Positions 9,790 to 19,686 of a stretch of 56,749 nucleotides of DNA are shown piece by piece. The notes beneath the pieces are model-generated. The model made no database searches, had not been told where the DNA came from, and worked only from the letters and a program-made list of their open reading frames with translations. The position numbers and the translations under genes were made by a program. The stretch covers positions 18,690 to 75,438 of the forward strand of contig CAZBAZ010000001.1 of NCBI GenBank assembly GCA_964490375.1. The letters are read 5' to 3'. Every line of letters begins with the position of its first letter. Positions within the stretch are counted from its first letter, which is position 1. Source of the stretch: an uncultured Clostridium sp. GTDB lineage: Bacteria > Bacillota_I > Bacilli_A > RF39 > UBA660.

Positions 9790-10482
9790 CTAATCTCCAA
9801 AGTCATTTTGATATGCAATTAAGCTTGCATTTATAACTCCATCTACATTATTAAATTGATCAACTATTGTAGTTTCTATATTAGCAATTTTTTTATTATT
9901 TTCTTTAATATCTACTTCTAATGATAGTTCTACTTCATCTTTAAATATTGATTTACTTCTTATTTTAAATTTCTTTAATGTCTTTAATTTTTTAACTACA
10001 TCATTATGTGCATCTGCTTTATATTTTAATACTAATAAATATCTATTAGCTGTTCTAAATCCCATTAAGTATGCCCCAAAGTATAATACTCCAACCATTA
10101 AAGTTGCTACTAAAGCTGGAATATATAATCCTGCTCCACACATAATACCTGCGGCTATTCCCCAAAACATAAATCCTGTATCAACTGGTTCTTTTATAGC
10201 TGTTCTAAATCTTACGATTGATAAAGCACCAACCATACCTAAAGATAAACTGATATTAGAATTAATTGTTCTAATAATCATTGCTGTTACCATAGATAAC
10301 ATAAGTAAACATAAAGAAAATGCTTTACTATATACTACTCCAGTATAAGTCTTTCTATATATGTATATAATAAACATTCCAATTACAAATGCTACTATAA
10401 GAGATATAATCATATCTCCAACTGAAATTGTTCCTGTAAAATTTTCTAATACTGATTTTTTTATTGTATCAACTGCACTCAT
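9790..10482 (-). CDS. DUF4956 membrane protein
   Basis: SLGMVGALSIVRFRTAIKEP signature. Start moved to ATG 10482, which follows GGAGG. Confidence 0.9.
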   Translation of the reverse strand: MSAVDTIKKSVLENFTGTISVGDMIISLIVAFVIGMFIIYIYRKTYTGVVYSKAFSLCLLMLSMVTAMIIRTINSNISLSLGMVGALSIVRFRTAIKEPVDTGFMFWGIAAGIMCGAGLYIPALVATLMVGVLYFGAYLMGFRTANRYLLVLKYKADAHNDVVKKLKTLKKFKIRSKSIFKDEVELSLEVDIKENNKKIANIETTIVDQFNNVDGVINASLIAYQNDFGD

Positions 10483-10492
10483 TTTATTCCTC

Positions 10493-11179
10493 CTACTTGA
10501 TACTTCTACATATTGCAAATTTGCTAACTGCTTCTCTACAACTAGGAATATCGTTTAATATATTTGCAATATGTAATGGTAATATTTCATTAAATTTAAC
10601 TTCTAAAACTTGTTTTCCATCTTCTGTTACTGAATATGTTGGCATTTCATTATCAAATAAATCATAATTGTAAAGACCACTTTCTATATTAGAATCAAAT
10701 GTAATTCTTACTTCACTTACTGGATATGTAAATGCTATTCTGTGATAAGCAACAATTACTGATGGAATCAATCCTTTTGTCTTTGTATCATTTATAAATT
10801 CTAGTAATAAACCTTCAGGATTCTTTATTTCATTAATTTTACCATTTAATATTTTACTATATATGTCTTTTGAAATCAACATTTGTTCTTTTGCTGTATA
10901 AGTATTGTGCTTCATTTTCTTTTCAAGTCTTATAAAACTCTCATCATCATTATAAATTCTAATTCTATATTTTTTTCTATATAGTACTCCATCCATTTTT
11001 TCATAATATGAAGTAGAATCTAAATTATCAAAATATAAACTTTTTATTAAATAAGAACCATCTTCATAATAAGCATTTTTATCTTTTCCTAATATTAATG
11101 ATAGTTTTTGTTTTAATACTTCTGCAGCACTATTACTTATTTTAAACTTTAATTCATGTCTATATTTATATTTTTTCAT
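10493..11179 (-). CDS. VTC-domain (polyphosphate polymerase-like, TTM fold) protein
   Basis: RHELKF, SLYFD, KYRIRIY, LEKKMK, RITFD, LEVKF and SKF motifs. Confidence 0.9.
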   Translation of the reverse strand: MKKYKYRHELKFKISNSAAEVLKQKLSLILGKDKNAYYEDGSYLIKSLYFDNLDSTSYYEKMDGVLYRKKYRIRIYNDDESFIRLEKKMKHNTYTAKEQMLISKDIYSKILNGKINEIKNPEGLLLEFINDTKTKGLIPSVIVAYHRIAFTYPVSEVRITFDSNIESGLYNYDLFDNEMPTYSVTEDGKQVLEVKFNEILPLHIANILNDIPSCREAVSKFAICRSIK

Positions 11180-14091
11180 TTAACATCACCAAAATATTTC
11201 TTAACTTCTGAATCAGATAAATTAAAATACGATTTAGCATACTTAACCAAAATAGCATTTCTTTTTTTAGCAAATGTTTTCATAGCTGTGATTGAACTTT
11301 CCCAATGACTATATGAGTTATTCCATCTTTCTGCATTTCTTTTAAATTCGTCTTTTCCAATTTCTTCTATTATATTGTCTATTTTTTCACTAACATTTTC
11401 ATAAGACCAAGTATTTTTTAGATTATATGATAGCCTTTCTAAGAATGCTTTTTTAAATTCATCACTTTTCATTAAATTTCTAAGTAATGTCGTTGGAAAG
11501 TTCCATGCTCCCATACCACTTGAATTAGTATATTCAGCAAATGAATTTTGATTAGTTCTAAAGAATCCTGAATCTAAATCATAGAATATATATTTCCATT
11601 TACCATTATCTACTACACTACTACTGAAATATCTAGTATTTAATATATCATAGTTAGCAGTATATATTTCACCAATCCAAAAGTCACATAAACTTGTAAT
11701 ATCTATTTGATCTTTAATTTTGTTGTAATTTGATTTATCACTCATAGAATTATTAGATACAAAATTTATAAGTGAATTATAATTTTTATTTGTTCCAATT
11801 TTTACTTCTCCGTCTATTCTTAATATTGAAGTGTTTTCTTCTGTTGCTTGTACATTATAATGATTTGAAATAAATGATTCATCTACTTTTTCACGGATAA
11901 AATATATTCCCCAATATTTTCCATTAATATATAATGCAATTGGTTTATATGCTTGAACATCTACATCTGTGTATTCATCCATTAATGATGTAGCCACTAC
12001 GTCTTTTATAACGGTTCTTTGACTATCATATTCAAATTCGTCTTGTGACCCTGTTCTTAATACAAGAGACTCATACATTGAACTATCTACTGTATCAAAT
12101 ACTTTATATTTTAAATGAGCAGAACCAAATTCTTTTTTAAATTTTATTTCGTAGCTTTTCTTTTTATAACTTCTAGTAGAACCACCAAATAATTTTAATC
12201 CTGCACCTATTTCGAAACTGTTTCCATCTGTGTCATAAAATTCTACATAAGCCTGTTCAATTACTGAACTATTTAATGATGTATGACTGTTAACATTATT
12301 TAATTTTTTTTCATCTATACTTAATGACATAACGGCTATTTTATGATTTTCGTTCATTATGTATGAGTAAGTTTTGGTTTCACTTTCTAGTTTTCCATCT
12401 TCTTTATTCATTATTCTTAAAACAGTAGTCTTCTTAATAGTAAGAGGACTACTGTATACTTTAGATGAGACAGTTGGTGTTGAGCCATCAAGTGTATAAT
12501 AAATTTTTCCACTTCCTGTAAGTGCTACTTCTATTTCATCTTTATTATTAAATATTCCTCCAGAAACAGAAGATGTTGGAATACTAGACATTGCTATATC
12601 TCCATTTCCATTTTTACTTCCTGGTGTTGGAGTTTTATAATAATAAACACCATAATCTTTTCCTTTACCAATAGAACTTCCATTTGGAACATCTGATACT
12701 AATATAGAGTCAACAATATTTTTATTTTTAGTTAAATATATTCCTTCAACATCACCTATTTTAAAGTTTGCATGCTTATATTTATCATTTGACAAACTTT
12801 CTGTTCCGGAAGCCATAACTAAATAATATTCGCCTTTGCCAAGTTCAACATTTGGTAACTCATACATACATATGTTATTTGTAGTATTTGTTAAACAATA
12901 ATCACTTAGTTTAATAGTATCATTAGAATTATTATGTAACTCTATCCAGTCATAATAATTTCCACCATTTTGAGGCAAATATTTATAATTATTATTCATT
13001 ACTTCACTAATAATTAAATCATCTGGTGTACTCATATATTTCTTTTGAAAGTCTTTTATTCCATCTATTCCATTATCATAACCAGGTGAAATACTACTTC
13101 CTTCTGACATCGTATTGTTATTTCTAATATAAGCTTTACCATTTGCTAAATTAGTATATTCAACTTTATCTATTACTTTACCTTTATTATTAGTTAAAAC
13201 CGCTACTCCATTTTTACTTTTTAATTTAAATCCAGTACTTAACTCTCCACTTTTTCTGCTTATTCCTGATGTATATACTACAACAACTTCTCCCGGAGAT
13301 AATTTAGTGCTTGGAAATTGCCATTTAAAACTAACGTCTTCACTATTAGATAAACTATAATTTGCAATATTAATAGATTTATCACTAACATTTTTGACTT
13401 CTATATATCCACTATATTCTCCATTTTTGTTTTTAAAATTACCTTTATTATCTGGTAAAACTTCATTAATAACAATAGTTTCATCATCGTTTGAAATTAA
13501 GGATGCAATAAACTCTTCATGACCATCAATAGTATTTGCAAATCCAGGTGTTGGCTTTTCTTGTACAACCCAGGTGCCTTTTGGATCTCTTGCCATCACA
13601 TAATTTGATTCCAATGAAACAGTTTCTACTGCATCAATTACTTTTCCATTTGGTTTAAATAGAGTAACAATTTCTCCACCAGAACTTTTAAGTTTGAAGT
13701 CAGCACTTAATTCACCTTTTTTACCAGTTAATTTAACAACTATATATTTTTTAGATTCTATTGTTATATCTCCAAAGGCCCATTTTACTTTATCATTTTC
13801 ATCACTTAATCCATAATTCTTCAAGTTAATATCAGAGTCACTTCCATTATATATTTCAATATAATCATATAAGTTACCTTCTTCATCAGATATAACTCCA
13901 TTATTTGATGTCATTATTTCATTTATAACAAGTGAATTTATATCAACATCATCATTAGTTAAATCACTTTTATCTAGTTTTGTTCCTTTTTCACCAAATA
14001 AAATACTCACTAATAATAAAACCACTATTAATGCTATACTTACTATAAAAAATAATATATTTTTTTTAAATTTTTTGATATTAAATTTCAT
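11176..14091 (-). CDS. CotH-family kinase with lamin-tail domains and a chitobiase C-terminal-like domain
   Basis: N-terminal TM; three LTD repeats (INEIM/INEVL/ISEVM...YIE/WIEL.N); IYYTLDGSTP; CotH motifs KSYEIKF, YWGIYFIRE, WKYIFYDLD. Confidence 0.88.
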   Translation of the reverse strand: MKFNIKKFKKNILFFIVSIALIVVLLLVSILFGEKGTKLDKSDLTNDDVDINSLVINEIMTSNNGVISDEEGNLYDYIEIYNGSDSDINLKNYGLSDENDKVKWAFGDITIESKKYIVVKLTGKKGELSADFKLKSSGGEIVTLFKPNGKVIDAVETVSLESNYVMARDPKGTWVVQEKPTPGFANTIDGHEEFIASLISNDDETIVINEVLPDNKGNFKNKNGEYSGYIEVKNVSDKSINIANYSLSNSEDVSFKWQFPSTKLSPGEVVVVYTSGISRKSGELSTGFKLKSKNGVAVLTNNKGKVIDKVEYTNLANGKAYIRNNNTMSEGSSISPGYDNGIDGIKDFQKKYMSTPDDLIISEVMNNNYKYLPQNGGNYYDWIELHNNSNDTIKLSDYCLTNTTNNICMYELPNVELGKGEYYLVMASGTESLSNDKYKHANFKIGDVEGIYLTKNKNIVDSILVSDVPNGSSIGKGKDYGVYYYKTPTPGSKNGNGDIAMSSIPTSSVSGGIFNNKDEIEVALTGSGKIYYTLDGSTPTVSSKVYSSPLTIKKTTVLRIMNKEDGKLESETKTYSYIMNENHKIAVMSLSIDEKKLNNVNSHTSLNSSVIEQAYVEFYDTDGNSFEIGAGLKLFGGSTRSYKKKSYEIKFKKEFGSAHLKYKVFDTVDSSMYESLVLRTGSQDEFEYDSQRTVIKDVVATSLMDEYTDVDVQAYKPIALYINGKYWGIYFIREKVDESFISNHYNVQATEENTSILRIDGEVKIGTNKNYNSLINFVSNNSMSDKSNYNKIKDQIDITSLCDFWIGEIYTANYDILNTRYFSSSVVDNGKWKYIFYDLDSGFFRTNQNSFAEYTNSSGMGAWNFPTTLLRNLMKSDEFKKAFLERLSYNLKNTWSYENVSEKIDNIIEEIGKDEFKRNAERWNNSYSHWESSITAMKTFAKKRNAILVKYAKSYFNLSDSEVKKYFGDVK

Positions 14092-14165
14092 AATAAAACT
14101 CCTATCATAATTATACTATAATAAGAGTTATTATTCTATAATATCAGAAATCTTTTTATTGTATT

Positions 14166-15158
14166 TTACATAAATAATTTCATAGTTCTTATCATTTGAG
14201 CAGTGTATCCAACTTCATTATCATACCATGCTACAACTTTTAATAATTGTTTTCCATCACTCTCTACAATGTTTGTTAAAAGTCCATCAATAGTGCATCC
14301 ATATTCTTCTCCAATTATATCTGAACTAACAATTGGGTCTTCAGTATATTTAATTGTTTTACTTTGATGTGATTTGAACATATTATTAACTGATTTAATA
14401 GTAGCATTCTTTTCTAATTCCAAAGTTACATCTACAACAGAACCATCTACCACTGGAACTCTTAGGGCGATTCCATCCATTTTTCCTTTTAAATGAGGAA
14501 TGACTTTTCCTATTTGAGAAGCTGCTCCTGTTGATGTTGGAATTATATTAAATGAAGCTGCTCTACCACGTCTTGAATAAATTCCTTTTTTATGTGCAAT
14601 ATCCAAAGTTACTTGGTCATTTGTAATTGCATGAACTGTTGTCATAAATCCTTTTTTAATGGTAAACTTATCATCAATTAATTTAACAAGTGGTGCTAAA
14701 CAATTAGTTGTACAACTAGCTGCACTAATGATTTTATCATTTTTATTTAATATTTCATGGTTTACTCCATAAACAATTGTTTTAACATCATCTTTAGCTG
14801 GAGCACTTATAATAACATGTTTAGCTCCTGCATTTAAGTGTGCTTGACATTTTTCAGCTGATGTGAAAACTCCAGTACATTCTAATACTACATCTACCCC
14901 TAGTTTCTTCCATGGTAAATTATTTGGATCCATTTCTGCAAAAACCTTAATTTTTTTGCCTTTTACAATTAAATCATTTCCCTCAAATCCAATTTTTCCT
15001 TTATATGTTCTATGAGCTGAATCATATTTGAATAAATATGCTAATTGGCTTGCATCAGTTAAGTCATTTATAGCTACTACTTCAATATCCTTTTCATTTT
15101 GTAATAATCTTAATGCTGTTCTTCCTATTCTTCCAAATCCATTAATTGCTACTTTCAT
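14166..15158 (-). CDS. gap: Type I glyceraldehyde-3-phosphate dehydrogenase
   Basis: INGFGRIGR, SCTTNCLAP, RVPVVDGS, WYDNE. Confidence 0.98.
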   Translation of the reverse strand: MKVAINGFGRIGRTALRLLQNEKDIEVVAINDLTDASQLAYLFKYDSAHRTYKGKIGFEGNDLIVKGKKIKVFAEMDPNNLPWKKLGVDVVLECTGVFTSAEKCQAHLNAGAKHVIISAPAKDDVKTIVYGVNHEILNKNDKIISAASCTTNCLAPLVKLIDDKFTIKKGFMTTVHAITNDQVTLDIAHKKGIYSRRGRAASFNIIPTSTGAASQIGKVIPHLKGKMDGIALRVPVVDGSVVDVTLELEKNATIKSVNNMFKSHQSKTIKYTEDPIVSSDIIGEEYGCTIDGLLTNIVESDGKQLLKVVAWYDNEVGYTAQMIRTMKLFM

Positions 15159-15169
15159 TTTATTTCCTC

Positions 15170-16813
15170 CTATTCAAAATAGCTTCCACCAATAAATTCT
15201 CTTAATACGCTTACATTTGGTATTGCTTCACTTGGTATACTTAAAAATCCCTTTAAAAAATTTAATATTCTAATTGCTTCTTCATAGTATGGAGAATTCT
15301 TTTCTACAGAGAATAACAATGGTACTGCATATGTTCTTAAAACTCCAATTTCATAAGCAAGAGATGTATTTATTATATAGTCTGCTTCTCTTTGATATGG
15401 ATATACATATTTTTCTTCACTCTCTCTCATACCTGCCCAATTTCGTAGTGTTTCTTCTGCAGAATATCCTCTATGTTTGTAATCCCTTACCATACGTCTT
15501 AATAATCTTAAATCAGTTGTTGATATATGATTATGCCTATCTAACCTTACTGGCGTAAATGGGCTTATATATAATTTTAATTTTTCATTTTGAGGAATTA
15601 CTGAACTTAATTTTTCATTTATAGCATGTAAGCCTTCTATTACTAATACTTCGTTTGGTTTAAGTGTAGTTGGCTTTCTTTTATATTCCTTTTTTCCTGT
15701 TAGAAAATTATATGTAGGTAATACAACTTCTTTTCCACTTAATAGACTCTTTAATTGAGAATTAAATAATTTTATATCTAAAGCTTCAACTATTTCAAAT
15801 TCGTAACTACCATCTGCTTTTTTTGGACTATCTTCTCTTTCAACAAAATAGTCATCAGTAGAAATAACAAATGGTTCTAAACCTCTCGATCTTAAATATA
15901 ATGCTAGTTTCTTAGAAGATGTTGTTTTACCACTTGAACTTGGCCCCGAAATAAATATTGCTCTTATTGATTTATTTTTTGCTACTTTATTTGCTACTTC
16001 TTCCAAATTTTTATCATATAATATTTCATTTGCTTGAATAAAATCATTTATTTTTCCATCTACTACCATTTTGTTTACATCACCTGCATATCTTACGCCT
16101 AATCCTGCAAGATCTTTTTCATATTCTTTAAATGCTTCTAATACTTTTGGTGATGGATTGTATTTTGGAATAATATTTTTTATTGGATAACTTAAAACTA
16201 TTCCATTTGGTTCAACATAAGTTAAATCAAATCTTTTTAAATAGCCAGTTGATGGGGGCATTAAATAATAAAAATAGTTGTAGTCATCATCTAATTCATA
16301 CATAGTTACAGAGTCATTTGTCATATATAAATAATTTAATGCTTTTTCAGGCTCATTTAAACTTGTAACATAATCATACGCATCACTTCTCGATACACTT
16401 ATATGTTTAAATGGTATATCTTTTTCAACTATTTCTTTCATAGCCTTTTTGATTAATGGAATATGATTTGCATTTATTTCTCTTTTACCTGTTATTTCTG
16501 TATATAAAGATTTGTCTAATGAATGTTTAATATTTACTACTGCTTTACTACCAAAAGCTTCTCTAACTGCTTTAATATATACATATTCTAATCCTTTTGT
16601 GTATATTTTTTGACCAATTCTATCAACAGTAGTTATATAATTTACAAAAGCATCTTCCATAATTTCATAGTCTGCTGGGACAGCTGAACCATTTATTCTT
16701 AAAGCAATTACTTTGTCATCATTTATTATCTTTAGTATTTCTCTTACAGTAATTCCTCTGTTAGTTTCAATAATTCTGCTATCTTCAAATACTAATTCAA
16801 TATCTTTTTTCAT
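15170..16813 (-). CDS. Nucleoside (uridine) kinase with N-terminal ThrRS/TGS-like domain
   Basis: N-terminal ThrRS-like region; GPSSSGKTT P-loop; DDYF; IEGLH; RRMVRD. Confidence 0.85.
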   Translation of the reverse strand: MKKDIELVFEDSRIIETNRGITVREILKIINDDKVIALRINGSAVPADYEIMEDAFVNYITTVDRIGQKIYTKGLEYVYIKAVREAFGSKAVVNIKHSLDKSLYTEITGKREINANHIPLIKKAMKEIVEKDIPFKHISVSRSDAYDYVTSLNEPEKALNYLYMTNDSVTMYELDDDYNYFYYLMPPSTGYLKRFDLTYVEPNGIVLSYPIKNIIPKYNPSPKVLEAFKEYEKDLAGLGVRYAGDVNKMVVDGKINDFIQANEILYDKNLEEVANKVAKNKSIRAIFISGPSSSGKTTSSKKLALYLRSRGLEPFVISTDDYFVEREDSPKKADGSYEFEIVEALDIKLFNSQLKSLLSGKEVVLPTYNFLTGKKEYKRKPTTLKPNEVLVIEGLHAINEKLSSVIPQNEKLKLYISPFTPVRLDRHNHISTTDLRLLRRMVRDYKHRGYSAEETLRNWAGMRESEEKYVYPYQREADYIINTSLAYEIGVLRTYAVPLLFSVEKNSPYYEEAIRILNFLKGFLSIPSEAIPNVSVLREFIGGSYFE

Positions 16814-16895
16814 ATCTATCCCTCTTTACTCTATATATATTATATTATCAAATTTTTGAGATTTTGAAAAGAAAAAACCTCATATATTTTGAGGT

Positions 16896-17810
16896 TTACA
16901 AATTAATCATTTCTTTTATTTTTCTAAATCTATGATTTATGCAACTTTTCGATATAGGCTTTTCTGTTTCACTACTTATTATTTCTGCTAATTCTGACAT
17001 AGAACTTTCTGGATATTTTTCTTTATAAATACATATTGTTTTAATTTTTTCATCTAATAAATCAAAATCTTTTACTTCTCTTAATTTCTTTATCATTTCT
17101 AATTGCTCATTAGATGCATTCATCATTTTATCAACATTAGCTTGTTCACAATTGTTAAGTCTATTTGTCATATTTTTATGATCTCTATAAATTCTTATAT
17201 CTTCATAATAAAATAATGATGTGGTTGCATTTAACATTTTTATAAAGTCACTTATTTTTTCGGATTCTTTAATATATACCATGTAATTCTTTTCTCTTTT
17301 GATTACTTTACTATTAAAATGTAAATCATTTAATAATCTATTTACTTCATTAGCTGTTTCTTCATTTGATATTACAAATTCTGCATGATATCTACTTGTT
17401 TTAGGATCATTTATACTTCCGCACATCATAAATATACCACGTAAATATGCTTGTTTATCTTTTAATTCATCTATTAAATAATTACGAGGTACATAAATTC
17501 TGTTACTATTTTCTAGTATACATAAATCATTTAATATCAAATCAGTTTTTTCATTTACTTTTAGTGATACTAGTTTGTTTTTTCTTAATGTATTTACTTC
17601 ACTGGTATCCATTCCTATTTCGACATGATAGGTATCTTTAATTAATTTATATATTCTTCTTGCTACGCTTAAATTTTCTGTTAATATTTCAAAATTGTCT
17701 TCATGTATTTTAACTCCAATATTTAATATAGCTGATAATTCTGCCATTTTTTCAGATTCACCATATTCTATATTACTTATTTCATTTTTTATATTTGTTG
17801 TAAATGACAT
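16896..17810 (-). CDS. whiA: DNA-binding protein WhiA
   Basis: SFTTNIKNE; AYLRGIF..CGSINDP..SRYHAEF; NRLNNCEQAN; SKSCINHRFRKI. Confidence 0.95.
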   Translation of the reverse strand: MSFTTNIKNEISNIEYGESEKMAELSAILNIGVKIHEDNFEILTENLSVARRIYKLIKDTYHVEIGMDTSEVNTLRKNKLVSLKVNEKTDLILNDLCILENSNRIYVPRNYLIDELKDKQAYLRGIFMMCGSINDPKTSRYHAEFVISNEETANEVNRLLNDLHFNSKVIKREKNYMVYIKESEKISDFIKMLNATTSLFYYEDIRIYRDHKNMTNRLNNCEQANVDKMMNASNEQLEMIKKLREVKDFDLLDEKIKTICIYKEKYPESSMSELAEIISSETEKPISKSCINHRFRKIKEMINL

Positions 17811-17889
17811 ACAATCACCACCTAAACTTTAATTAATTATAACATATTTTAAAAATATTAAAAGTTAGACACTTTTTGCATCTAACTTT

Positions 17890-19605
17890 TTAATCTTCTT
17901 TTGATTTTACATTATTTTGACTAATAATTATTGCCATAATAACAATTATTATTAAACCTATTACAATTATTAAACTATTAATACTTTTAGTGTCTGTTTT
18001 AACAAATTCTATATTACCTGTTTTATCTATTTTTATGTTTGCACTAATCATACTTGCATCTTTAGTATATGTTAATGTATATTCATCTACTGATTGTTCT
18101 ATTTGGTTTAGAATTGATATAGTTGCTTTACTAATAACGTTGTCATTTATATCTTTTATAATTAAGTCATGATTACCATCAGAAACATTTTCTAATTCAT
18201 AATAACCATTATCATCAGTTAAAGTTTCTATTTCATCATCTAAAGATACTTTTGTATATGTTAATGCTGCTTTATTAGAGTTAACTATTTTTCCTTTTAA
18301 TATAGCAGTGTCTATGCTTTTGTATTTTGCATATAATGTAATTTTTGTATCTTCACAGTCTGCATTGTTATTTAATGTTAGTGAATTTGTATCAACTTTA
18401 TTAGTTAATTCTGAGTCATAGTACCAACCTTCAAATATATAGTTTTCTTTTGTTGGTATTTCTGGATCAATTTTAAATATTGTAAATTCTTCACTAGTTA
18501 TTTTAATATCTTCTATATTACTTCCACCTAATGTATCAAATGATATTGTAAGTGTTTTTGCTTCTTCACATATACTTTTTTCAACCCATTTTGGATAAAG
18601 AGTTACATCTTTATATCCAATATGGCAATTATTTTTGTCATATTTTTTGCTTACTTTAATATCACTTGTTTTTTCTGATTCAACTTTTTTTGTTAAAGCA
18701 GTATCATAATACCAACCAGCAAATACATATCCGTTTCTTTCTAAATTTATTATTGCCGGATTGTCATCACATCCTACACATATTTCTTTTGTTACATTTT
18801 GTTGTTCGCTTACTTGATAAGTTAGGGTGTATTTATTATTTACTTCTGTATTACATTTTTTTGAAGTGGATGACATATTTGTTTTCTCTTCTTTTTTGGT
18901 ATTTGCTTTCCAATGAGCATATAGTGTTATGCTTTTATCATAAGAATAACATCCGTTAGAGTCATAATGACCAATTTCTTTAATATCACTTGTACTATTT
19001 CCTTCAACTTTCGTCATAAATGTTGAATCATAATACCAGCCTCCAAAAGTATAGCCGGATTTTGTTGGCACAGGTAAATCTGAGTATGTGCCACATCCCC
19101 TACAAACTGTTGTGCTACCCAGTTTACTTCCTCCATTTGTTTCATATATTAATTCAAAACTTCCACCTTCAATTGTTGGACAATCAATTTTCGTTTCTAT
19201 TTGTATCCAATTTGCATAGAGATTTATACTTTTATCATAAAAATAACATCCATCAGTATCAAAATGTCCAGTTTCTATAACATCATTTATTTTTACACCA
19301 TTTACTTTCTTTGTTAATGCAGTATCATAATACCAGCCTTCAAAATTATAGCCAGATTTTATTGGTGTTGGTAAATAAGATTGTCTTATAGAATCACATT
19401 CAGCACATACTGATGTATTTTCTAACTTATCTCCTCCATTTGTATTATATATTAAAACATATCCTTCATAAAGTGATATGCATTCATTACTCTTATAAGA
19501 AAATTTTGAAGCTGCATAACTACCGTTTACATTTGAAATTGTAAGTGCTGCAACTAAGTATATTAGCACTAAAGTTGAAAAAAATATGATATTTCTTTTC
19601 TTCAT
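17890..19605 (-). CDS. Surface protein with four InlB B-repeats, a carboxypeptidase-regulatory-like domain and a C-terminal TM anchor
   Basis: Signal peptide; four GY.F.GWYYD...LY..W repeats; TDDNGYY.L.NV..G.H; hydrophobic C-terminal tail. Confidence 0.8.
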   Translation of the reverse strand: MKKRNIIFFSTLVLIYLVAALTISNVNGSYAASKFSYKSNECISLYEGYVLIYNTNGGDKLENTSVCAECDSIRQSYLPTPIKSGYNFEGWYYDTALTKKVNGVKINDVIETGHFDTDGCYFYDKSINLYANWIQIETKIDCPTIEGGSFELIYETNGGSKLGSTTVCRGCGTYSDLPVPTKSGYTFGGWYYDSTFMTKVEGNSTSDIKEIGHYDSNGCYSYDKSITLYAHWKANTKKEEKTNMSSTSKKCNTEVNNKYTLTYQVSEQQNVTKEICVGCDDNPAIINLERNGYVFAGWYYDTALTKKVESEKTSDIKVSKKYDKNNCHIGYKDVTLYPKWVEKSICEEAKTLTISFDTLGGSNIEDIKITSEEFTIFKIDPEIPTKENYIFEGWYYDSELTNKVDTNSLTLNNNADCEDTKITLYAKYKSIDTAILKGKIVNSNKAALTYTKVSLDDEIETLTDDNGYYELENVSDGNHDLIIKDINDNVISKATISILNQIEQSVDEYTLTYTKDASMISANIKIDKTGNIEFVKTDTKSINSLIIVIGLIIIVIMAIIISQNNVKSKED

Positions 19606-19686
19606 TTGTATGACCTCTATTCTTATGCTCTAATTCTATCATAAAACTTTTTTTCGTTCAATTAAAAAAGACTGATTTACTCAGTC

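Noticed and set aside
1392-17625. Perfect 0A-box heptamers at 1392, 3697 and 17619
   Set aside because: All lie inside coding sequence; a 7-mer is expected by chance at about this frequency.
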